The position numbers and the translations under genes are program-made. A stretch of 64,000 nt of DNA, taken from NCBI RefSeq assembly GCF_009914755.1, contig NC_060929.1; one strand, given 5' to 3'. Each line of letters opens with the position of its first letter. The first letter of the stretch is position 1. The notes under the pieces are model-generated. The model saw only the letters and a list, made by a program, of their open reading frames with translations, had not been told where the DNA came from and searched no databases. Positions 48,454 to 64,000 of this stretch are shown in pieces. The stretch comes from the human T2T-CHM13v2.0 reference genome, Homo sapiens.

Positions 48454-49541
48454 GAGGGGTAGAAAGAAAACCAGGATAAGTGGTGTCACTTCATGAGAGC
48501 AAAAGGGAAGACAGAGTTGAAAGAAAGATGGTTTGGTCACTGGGGTCAAATGTTACTACGAGATCAAATATAACAAGGAATGACAAATAGCCACTGCACT
48601 TATACTGAACTTTTGTTGGAGGGCTTCATTGGAAGGGGAGGAAAATTTTTAAAATCCTTTCTCTTATAGTGCCTAAATCACACATATCCATCTATCAATC
48701 AATGCAAGTTCTTTTCCTACTCTTAATTTTGTTGAAATGCAAAAACCATAAAATGCACCAATTTACACTAGTTCTTATATATCCATAAAGTTGTACAATC
48801 ATCACCACTATCTAATATAAGAACGATTTTATCATCCCAAAATGAAACCGCATATCCCTCCATATTTCATTAACAGTCACTCTCTATTCTTTCCTCTTTT
48901 CAGCCCCCATAAGCCAGTAATCTTCATTCTGTTTCTGTATTTTCCTATTCTGGATATTTTATAGAACATAACATATACTACATTGTCTTCTGTGTCTGGC
49001 TTTGTTCACTTAGTACAATGTTTTTGAGGTTCACCTATGTTGTGGCATAAATCAGTATTTCATTTCATTTTATGGCTGAGTAATATTCATTAGATGGATA
49101 TGCCAAGTTTTATTTATCCATTTATCAGTTTTGGACATTTATTTCTGTTTTTTTCCTCCTATAAGTAATGCTGCTATAAACATTTATGTTCAAATTTTTG
49201 TGTGAACAGATGTTTTTAATCCTCTTCGGTATATACCTAAAAGTGGAAGTTCTGTATCACATGGTGACTCTACATTGAACTTTTTGAGGAATGACCAGAC
49301 TAGACTGCTTCCCAAAGTAGCTGCATCATTGTACATTCACAATTAAAGTGTACAAGAATGTTATCTTCTGGTTTTTGTTTGGTTGGTTTTGATTTTCCTT
49401 AATTACAGCTACCTTAGCAAGTGTAAAGTAATATTTCATTGTGGCTTTAGTTTCTAGTTACCTAATAACTAATAATGTTAAGGAGTTTTTCATGTAATTA
49501 TTGGTCATTAGTTTTTTGGTTCGGTTTTGTTTTGGTTTTGA

Positions 49542-49934
<393 letters not shown>

Positions 49935-51045
49935 TAATTAATTTTAAAAATTGTTTTCTTGTGGATACAAGATCTCCCTATGTTGCCCAGGCTGGCCTCA
50001 AACCCCTGGGCTCAAGTAATCCTCCCACCTCAGCTTCCCAAACTGCTAGGACTACAAGCATGAGCCACTCTGCCTGGCAAGAGTTCTTTATATATTTGGG
50101 ATAATAAACTCCTATCAGATGCCCTCTCTCACCACTCCTATTCAACATAGTGTTGGAAGTTCTGGCCAGGGCAATCAGGCAGGAGAAAGAAATAAAGCAT
50201 ATTCAATTAGGAAAAGGGGAAGTCAAATTGTCTCTGTTTGCAGATGACATGATTGTATATTTAGAAAACCCCATCATCTCAGCCCAAAATCTCCGTAAGT
50301 TGATAAGCAACTTCAGCAAAGTCTCAAGATACAAAATCAATGTGCAAAAATCACAAACATTTCTATACACCAATAATAGACAAACAGAGAGCCAAATCAT
50401 GAGTGAACTCCCATTCACAATTGCTACAAAGGGAATAAAATACCTAGGAATCCAACTTACAAGGGATATGAAGGACCTCTTCAAGGAGAACTACAAACCA
50501 CTGCTAAACGAAATAAAAGAGGACACAAACAAATGGAAGAATATTCCATGCTCATGGATAGGAAGAATCAATATTGTGAAAATGGCCATACTGCCCAAGG
50601 TAATTTATAGATTCAATGCTATAACCATCAAGTTACCATTGACTTTCTTCACAGAATTGGAAAAAACTACTTTAAAGTTCCTATGGAATCAAAAATGTGC
50701 CTGCATAGCCAAGACAATACTAAGCAAAAAGAACAAAGCTGGAGGCATCATGCTACCTGACTTCAAACTATACTACAAGGCTATAGTAACAAAAACAGCA
50801 TGGTACTGGTACCAAAACAGACATATAGACCAATGGAACAGAATAGAAATCTCAGAAATACCACTACACATCTACAACCATCTGATCTTTGACAGACCCG
50901 ACAAAAACAAGCAATGGGGAAAGGATTTCCTATTTAAAAAATGGTGCTGGGAAAACTGGCTAGTCATATGTAGAAAGCTGAAACTGGACCTCTTCCTTAC
51001 ATCATACAAAAAAAATTAATTCAAGATGGATTACAGACTTAAATG

Positions 51046-51747
<702 letters not shown>

Positions 51748-52449
51748 TCATGACTAAAACACCAAAAGCAATGGCAACAAAAGCCAAAATAGACAAATGG
51801 GATCTAATTAAACTAAAGAGCTCCTGCACAGCAAAAGAAACTGTCATCAGAGCGAACAGGCAACCTACAGAATGGGAGAAAATCTTCGCAATCTACCCAT
51901 CTGACAAAGGGCTAATATCCAGAATCTACAAAGAACTTAAACAAATTTACAAGAAAAAAACAAACAACCCCATCAAAAAGTGGGCGAAGCATATGAACAG
52001 ACACTTCTCAAAAAAAGACATTTAAGCAGCCAACAGACATATGAAAAAATGCTCATCATCACTGGCCATCAGAGAAATGCAAATCAAAACCATAATGAGA
52101 TACCATCTCATGCCAGTTAGAATGGTGATCATTAAACAGTCAGGAAACAACAGATGCTGGAGAGGATAGAGGATATGGAGAAATAGGAACACTTTTACAC
52201 TGTTGGCGGGAGTGTAAATTAGTTCAACCATTGTGGAAGACAGTGTGGCGATTCCTCAAGGATCTAGAACCTGAAATGTCATTTGACATAGCAATCCCAT
52301 TACTGGTTATATACCCAAAGGATTATAAATCATGCTGCTATAAAGACACATGCACACATATGGTTATTGCAGCACTATTCACAATAGCAAAGACTTGGAA
52401 CCAACCCAAATGTCCAACAATGATAGACTGGATTAAGAAAATGTGGCAT

Positions 52450-54095
52450 GCTCTCCCTCTCCCTCTCCCCACGGTCTCCCTCTCCCTCTCCCTCTCCCCA
52501 CAGTCTCCCTCTCCCTCTCTTTCCACGGTCTCCCTCTGATGCCAAGCCGAAGCTGGACTGTACTGCTGCCATCTCGGCTCACTGCAACCTCCCTGCCTGA
52601 TTCTCCTGCCTCAGCCTGCCGAGTGCCTGCGATTGCAGGCGCGCGCCGCCACGCCTGACTGGTTTTTGTATTTTTTTGGTGGAGACGGGGTTTCGCTGTG
52701 TTGGCCGGGCTGGTCTCCAGCTCCTAACCGCGAGTGATCCACCAGCCTCGGCCTCCCAAGGTGCTGGGATTGCAGACGGAGTCTTGTTCACTCAGTGCTC
52801 AATGGTGCCCAGGCTGGAGTGCAGTGGCGTGATCTCGGCTCGCTACAACCTCCACCTCCCAGCCGCCTGCCTTGGCCTCCCAAAGTGCCGAGATTGCAGC
52901 CTCTGCCTGGCCGCCACCCTGTCTGGGAAGTGAGGAGCGTCTCTGCCTGGCCGCCCATCGTCTGGGATGTGAGGAGCCCCTCTGCCTGGCTGCCCAGTCT
53001 GGGAAGTGAGGAGCGCCTCTTCCCGGCCGCCATCCCACCTAGGAAGTGAGGAGCACCTCTGCCCGGCCGCCCATCATCTGAGATGTGGGGAGCGCCTCTG
53101 CCCCACCTCCCCATCTGGGATGTGAGGAGTGCCTCTGCCCGGCCGCCCCGTCTGAGAAGTGAGGAGCCCCTCCGCCCAGCAGCCGCCCCGTCTGAGAAGT
53201 GAGGAGCCCCTCCGCCCGGCAGCCGCCCCGTCTGAGAAATGAGGAGCCCCTCCGCCTGGCAGCCACCCCGTCTGGGAAGTGAGGAGCATCTCCGCCCAGC
53301 AGCCACCCCATCCGGGAGGGAGGTGGGGGTCAGCCCCCGCCCGGCCAGCCACCCCGTCCGGGAGGGAGGTGGGGGGTCAGCCACCGCCCGGCCAGCCGCC
53401 CCGTCCGGGAGGGAGGTGGGGGGTCAGCCCCCGCCCGGCCAGCCGCCCTGTCCGGGAGGGAGGTGGGGGCGCCTCCGCCCGGCCAGCCGCCCCGTCCGGG
53501 AGGTGGGGGGCACCTCTGCCCCACCGCCCCTTCTGGGAAGTGAGGAGCCCCTCTGCCCGGCCACCACCCCATCTGGGAGGTGTACCCAACAGCTCATTGA
53601 GAACGGGCCATGATGACAATGGTGGTTTTGTGGAATAGAAAGGGGGGAAAGGTGGGGAAAAGATTGAGAAATCGGATGGTTGCTGTGTCTGTGTAGAAAG
53701 AAGTAGACATGGGAGACTTTTCATTTTGTTCTGTACTAAGAAAAATTCTTCTGCCTTGGGATCCTGTTGATCTATGACCTTACCCCCAACCCTGTGCTCT
53801 CTGAAACATGTGCTGTGTCCACTCAGGGTTAAATGGATTAAGGGGGGTGCAAGTTGTGCTTTGTTAAACAGATGCTTGAAGGCAGCATGCTCGTTAAGAG
53901 TCATCACCACTCCCTAATCTCAAGTACCCAGGGACACAAACACTGCGGAAGGCTGCAGGGTCCTCTGCCAAGGAAAACCAGAGACCTTTGTTCACTTGTT
54001 TATCTGCTGACCTTCCCTCCACTATTGTCCTATGACCCTGCCAAATCCCCCTCTGCGAGAAACACCCAAGAATGATCAATGAAAAAAAAAAGAAA
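52450..54095 (+). mobile_element. Full-length SVA (SVA_D-like)
   Basis: (CCCTCT)n head, antisense Alu-like region, GC-rich VNTR (about 52900-53580), SINE-R and A-tail; perfect TSD aagaaaatgtggcat at 52435-52449 and 54096-54110. Confidence 0.97.
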
Positions 54096-54590
54096 AAGAA
54101 AATGTGGCATATATACACCATGGAATACTATGCAGCCATAAAAATGGATGAGTTCATGTCCTTTGCAGGGACATGGATGAAGCTGGAAACCATCATTCTC
54201 AGCAAACTATCACAAGGACAGAAAACCAAACACTGGATGTTCTCACTCATAGGTGGGAGTTGAACAATGAGAACACATGGAGACAGAGCGGGGAACATCA
54301 TACACTGGGGCCTGTCAGGGGGTGGGGGCTTGGGGGAGGGATAGCATTAGGAGAAATACCTAATGTAGATGACGAGTTGATGGGTACAGCAAACAAACAT
54401 GGCACCTGTATACCTATGTAACAAACGTGCACGTCATGCACATGTACCCTAGAATTTAAAGTATAAAAAATAAAATATATTAAAATAAAATAAACTCCTA
54501 TCCGATATGTGATTTGTAAATATTTTGTTCCATTCTTTGGGTTGACTTTTCACTTTCGTGATGGTGTCCTTTGATGCACAAAAAGGTTTA

Positions 54591-55407
<817 letters not shown>

Positions 55408-55530
55408 AAGAATCATCTCCTATCCAAGGTATTGAAAATTTATGCTTATGTTTTCTTCTACATAAATTCTTTAAATTCCTTGCATGGCAAGTGAATAATA
55501 AAGAGTTGTTAAATTTTGAATGAAAGATCA

Positions 55531-57073
<1,543 letters not shown>

Positions 57074-57074
57074 T

Positions 57075-59348
57075 AAATCTGCAAAAAACCTGCAACTAAT
57101 ACCATACATAATGGTGAAAAACTAGATGCTTTTTCACGGAGATTAGGAAGAAGGCAAGGATATTCCCTCTCACTACTTCTTTCTAACATCATACTGAAAG
57201 TCCTCGCTAATGCAATAAGACAAGAAAAGCAAGAAAAAGACATACAGATCACAAAGGAAGCAATACAGCTCTTTGTTCACATGTGACATGATTGTCTATA
57301 GAAAATCTCAAAGAATTGACAAAAAAAAATTCCTGAAATCAATAAGCAATTACATCAAGGTTCAGGATACTAGGTTAATATCCAAAATCTATTGCTTTCC
57401 TATATGCCAGAAATTAAAAACTGGATTTTAAAATTAAAAACAATACATTAGCACCAAAATAATAAAATAGGTACAAAGCTAACAAAATATATGCAAGAGC
57501 TGTATGAAGAAAACTTTGAAAAACTGATTAAAGAAATTGAAGAACTAACTAAATAAAAAGGTATACCATGTTCACGGATAGGAAGAGTCAATATTGCTGT
57601 CAGTTCTGCCCAACTTGATGAATAGATTCCAATCAAAATCCTAGAAAGCTGTTTTTGTGAAAATTGACAAACCAATTCTATAGTATATACAGAGAAGCAA
57701 AAGACTCAGAGAAGCCAATACAAAACTGAAAGGTTAGAACAAAGTCAGAGGACTGACACTACCCAACTTTAAGTCTTACCATAATTGAACTACAATAACT
57801 TTGAGCTACAGGAATCAAACTGTATTATTGGTGAAAAAATAGACAAAGAGATAAGTGCAACAGAAGAGAGAACCCAGACACAGACTTATACATATACAGT
57901 CATTTCACCTTTGACAAAGAAGTAAAAGCAATACAACAGAGCAAATGGTGTCTTATCAGATGGTGCTGAAACAATTGGATGTCCACACATTAAAAAAGTG
58001 AACCTAGACACAAACTTTATTCCTTTCACAAAAATTAAATCAAAATGGATCATAGCCCTAAATGTAAAATGCCAAACTACAAAATTCATACAAGATAACA
58101 GAAGAATATCTAGATAACCTTGGGGTTGGCAATGACTTTTTAGATACAACACTAAAGACATGATCCATGAAAGAAAAAAGTGACAAGTTGGAATTTAATA
58201 AAATTAAAAACTTCTGCTTTGCAAAAAACACCATCAGTAAAAAGACAAGCTACGGACTGGGAGAAAATATTTGCAAAGGACATATCTGATAAAACATACA
58301 AAGAACTCTTAAAACTCAACAGTAAGATAATGAACCAGCTGATTAAAAAATGGCCAAAATATCTTAATAAACATTTTTCAAGATATACAGCTGGCAAATA
58401 AGCATAAGAAATATGTTTAACATCTTATGTTATTAAGGAATGCAAATTAAAGCAACAATGACATACCAGTACATTCCAATTAGAATGGCTAACATCCAGC
58501 ACTAAATGCTGGCAAGGATGTGGGGCAATAGGAACTCTCAATCATTGCTGGTGTGAATACAAAATGGCTCAGCCACCTTGAAAAACAGTGTGGCAGTTTC
58601 TTACAGAACTAAACATTCTCTTATCAGACAATGCAATAATTGTGTTCCTTGATATTTACCTAAATCAATTGAAAACTTATGTCTATACAAAAGCCTGTGT
58701 GCACATGAATGTTTATGGAAGTTTTATTCATAATTTCCAAAACTTGGAAGCAACTAAAGCAAATTAATAAACAAAAATAAGTTGTGATACATCCAGACAA
58801 TGGAATATTATTTAGCAATAAGAAGAAATGAGCTGTGTAGCTATCAAAAGAATGGAGGAACCTTAAATGCATATTGTTAATTGGAAGAAATCAATCTGAA
58901 GAGGCTACATACTGTATGACCCCCAATTATATGACATTCTGAAAAAGATAGAACTATGGAGACAGTGAAAAGATCAGATCAGTGACTTTCAGGGATTTGG
59001 GGAGAGGGAAGGATGACTAGGTGGATCTATAAGATTTTTAGGGCAGCAAAACCATTTTGTATGATACTATAATGGTGGGTACATGTCATTACACATTTAT
59101 CAAAACCCATAGAATGCACAACACAAAGCATGAACCTTAATGTAAACTATGAACTTCAATTGAGAATGATGTGTCAATGTTGATTCATCATTTGTAACAA
59201 ATATGCCACACTGGTGGGGAATGTTAACAGTGGTGGCAAAATCATGTGTGTGTGTATTGTGTGAGGAAGGTGTCTATGTGGGAACTCTGTACTTTCTGTT
59301 CAACTTTGCTGTTAGCCTAAAACTTTTCTAAAAATTAAAGTCCATTAA
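57075..59348 (+). mobile_element. L1MC1-like ORF2 3' part plus 3' UTR
   Basis: WNLIKLKTS...[11 protein letters not shown]; 3' end gggaactctgtactttctg...ctaaaacttttctaaaaattaaagtc. Confidence 0.85.
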
Positions 59349-59386
59349 GTAATGTGTGCATCAGTCATCATCAAAGTATTTTTTAG

Positions 59387-59545
59387 AGCTGACCATGGTG
59401 ATGCTCACCTGGAGTCCCAGCTACTCTGGAGGCTGAGGCAAGAAGATCACTTGAAGCCAGGATTTCAAGGCTGTAGTGCACTAAGATCATGCCTGTGAAT
59501 AGCCGCTGCACTCAAGCCCAGGCAATATTGCAAGACCTCATTCCC
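59387..59545 (+). mobile_element. FAM (fossil Alu monomer)
   Basis: Retains the 7SL segment gcctgtgaatagcc that dimeric Alus lack; TSD about aagtatttttag. Confidence 0.85.
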
Positions 59546-60033
59546 AAATTTTTTTTAAGTATTTTTAGGCTCAAGCAGGTGCAGGCACTTACAGGCAGAG
59601 CAAGCCCCATCTCAGCTGTCCACAGCACAAAATAGGGGTTACCCTAGAGCATTTCCTCGCAGTCCAAAGGGGACTTTCTTATTTATTTTTACCAGTTTGT
59701 AGGGGAAACATTTAGTTCCTAGGAGGCCCAGGGACAAAGTCAGCTGAACAGCTGCGAGCCAGCTTCCTGGGAAGCTTTCCAAAAGCATGGCAACATTCAG
59801 CCTTCTTGTTCCCAGGGGTGCCACCAACATCATGCTCTTGTAGTGGGTGCTAGACATAGGACACACCTGTGGTCACCAGCCTCTTGCCATTTTTCTTACT
59901 TGGTTTTTCCCCTGCTCTAGCCTATTGTGGACATTTTCCTGTTTCATTTTGTGTCTTTTATGTCCTTCCAGAGCACTTGACACACACAACATAGAAACAT
60001 GCTGTCATATCCCCTTCCCAAGTCTCTCAAGGT

Positions 60034-60496
<463 letters not shown>

Positions 60497-60627
60497 TCTC
60501 AGAAAGTCACTGAGATTCACACCGGCTCCAGCCAGTAATATAAATGGACTTGTAAAAGAGACACTCTTCCTTGCTCTATCCCATCCCTAGAGTACACAGG
60601 AAGGTTCTAAGAAACATTCTTTTATCA

Positions 60628-60971
60628 ATTTATTTTTTATTTTTATTTATTTATTTATTTGTTTGTTTGTTTGTTTGTTTGTTTGTTTGAGACAGAGTCT
60701 CACTCTCACCCAGGATAGAGTGCAGTGTCACAATCTCGGCTCACTGCAACCTCAGCCTCCTGGGTTCAAGCGATTCTCCTGCCTCAGCCTCCTGAGACTA
60801 GCTGGGATTACAGGCATGCACCAAGACACCTGGCAAATTTTTGTATTTTCAGTAGAGATGGGGTTTCACCATGTTGGTCATGCTGGTCTTGAACTTCTGA
60901 CCTCAAGTGATCCACCCCATCTTAGTCTCCCAAAGTGCTGGGATTACATGGGTGAGCCGCTGCACCTGGCC
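60628..60971 (-). mobile_element. AluS with (TTTA)n(TTTG)n tail
   Basis: Reverse dimer. Confidence 0.92.
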
Positions 60972-62061
60972 CTATCCATTTATTAACTAATTTTAATAGA
61001 TATATATCGAACACCTACTAAGTATAAGCTAGGTGCTGAGAAAATACAGACACTTCCCTCGAAGTGTTGAGTAAAAAAGCACCATCAATGTAAATATCTC
61101 TAATACAAGGGACAAAGTTATAGGATCACCATTTATGGTTTTAGTTTGCACAGCACAAAAATCCTAAGTCACACTCCTTTTTACAAGCTCTGTCCTGACT
61201 CAGGGCTGTGTCAGCCAGAAAGAAGAGGAAGGCCTCTTTGTAATTTACCCTAAGGTGCCCCACAGGCTAGGCGGAACCCTGGCCTCATGCAGAATAATCT
61301 CAGCTAGGTACTAGCACCATGCCTAGAATATGGGAGGTACTCTATTTTTCCATGTTTATTGAGTAATTAAAAAGGGCTGCCCAGAAGTATTCAGAAGAGA
61401 GAATTAATTCTGTCCAGGAGGATTAGGACCAGAAGGGCTGAAGCAGTGACGCTGGAGCAGGACTTGGAGGAATGACGTGACCCTTGGAGAAACAGGGAAC
61501 AAGCATTCCTGGCGGGTGGGATGACCCATGGAGTAGAGAGTGGATATCTGAGGCATTTATAGCCTTTGGTACATAGCAGGAAGGGACTCCATGAAGCAGG
61601 CAAAGTGAGTTGGGGATAAGCAGTGGAGGGCTTGCTGTGGAGTTGAGAATTTCACCAAATTGGGAGTAGTTGCAGGATTTCCAGCTAAGATGTAACACAA
61701 ACAGATCTTAGCTTTGAGGTTATGCTGGTGGCCCTGCGGAGGAAGGACTCAGGAACGACTGGGGTAAGGCACAAGTAGCCACCCAAGACTCTAAGTAAGA
61801 GTTGGAAAGGTCCTTAGTGTCCATGAGAATCCCCAAGGGAACATTACAATTCGATTCCCAGGAGTTCTGAGTTATAGACTGTTTCTCTCTCAGCCCCATG
61901 TACACCATGCTCACATTCTGTGTCAAGCCTACCAAGGGCACCCTCAGGTTTTCTGGTTGGCTATCATTACTTTTGCAGTGGGTAGAGCAACAGCCTTTGT
62001 GTATATATCCTTAGAAAATCTAATGCGATCAACAGTCAAAGAAGAAATAAAGTTTTGAGAG

Positions 62062-63229
<1,168 letters not shown>

Positions 63230-63379
63230 TCATTTCCTGAGATTTACATCTGAAATAAGTAGAAGTAAAGGATGATCGTATGCTCTTATTTCCACATGTT
63301 CTTTCATGAAGTCTGAATGCTTTTATTGAAATGTAAAATATTTTATAGCAGCTTGTATTCTGTCATTTAAACAAACAAA

Positions 63380-63470
63380 AATTCTCAGGTCACATCTGTA
63401 TTGCTAAACCAGAATGTCTAGAAATAGGGCCAAGAAATGTGTATTTTAACAAGCTCCCAGCTGATTTTGA
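63380..63470. mobile_element. MER5-like fragment
   Basis: gggccaagaaatgtgtattttaacaagctcccagctgatt. Confidence 0.55.
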
Positions 63471-64000
63471 TCTATTGACTCTCCGACTTCAGGCATCTAC
63501 ATAACCTTTGCCGTATTCACATTGCTTTTTTGCTATTACTCACTCAAGTTATTTTAGATTAATTAACTTTAACATTTTATTCATCCTAATCAATACCCAT
63601 TAAATCATGGGTTTGATGCATCTTAAAAAATATACATCAAAAAACTATTTTAAAAATCCATTTGTGGACTGGATAAAATCAGCTCCTGTACCACCCCACT
63701 ACTGCCTCCCAAAGCAGCAATTTTGGGCCCAAACCAATTAGAGCCAAACGTTGGTGCCAGTTCCCTCTTTTTTCACAACCCCTCTTGCAAGGCCTGGGGG
63801 TGTCTCACAGCCCTGTGGAAAGCCCCTTGCTGCCAAGAGGTTCCCTTCTCCCCCTCTTTTTCCCCTGCCTATATCCTTCTGTCCTCCCAACAAACCTGAC
63901 TCTCGAGCTATACCTGACTTAGAATAGTGTCACTGAAGCATGTTAGTGAATGTTAACATAGAATTTGGTGATGGGTAGCAGGTTTAGCTTTTAATATGCA

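Noticed and set aside
50150-51019. 289-aa ORF with an RT motif (LFADD)
   Set aside because: It is an internal L1 ORF2 segment of a 5'-truncated copy with no promoter or true start, and downstream frames are broken; there is no sign of domestication.
52788-53910. Several overlapping Gly/Pro/Arg-rich ORFs and an array-like repeat
   Set aside because: This is the SVA VNTR: stop-poor GC-rich repeats, not genes, and not a CRISPR array since there are no unique spacers.

Overview
This is primate genomic DNA, almost certainly human, because it carries a near-consensus AluYb8 with the 7-bp duplication and a full-length SVA. The window is intronic or intergenic and dominated by interspersed repeats. 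These include about 55 Alu elements or monomers, a full-length decayed L1PA7-age element (23135-29884), several truncated L1s, one SVA nested in an L1 nested in an older L1, a complete MST-type MaLR provirus, MLT1/MLT2 LTRs, MER DNA transposons and L2/MIR remnants. I recognise no host protein-coding gene; the longer ORFs in the track are L1, Alu, SVA or microsatellite reading frames. The most unusual signals are four. (1) A 43-nt TAR-like hairpin from an ERV1 (MER4-group) LTR, retroposed on its own with an A-tail and target-site duplication (TSD) at 33586-33628. (2) An L1 whose own 3' end is replaced by a foreign AATAAA-poly(A) end at 41036-41094. (3) Three independent insertions (Alu, Alu, SVA) at the homologous AAGAAAATGTGG site of three different L1 3' ends. 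(4) A short templated insertion inside an Alu, apparently copied from about 0.9 kb upstream. Subfamily calls come from remembered diagnostic positions and need confirmation with RepeatMasker/Dfam.
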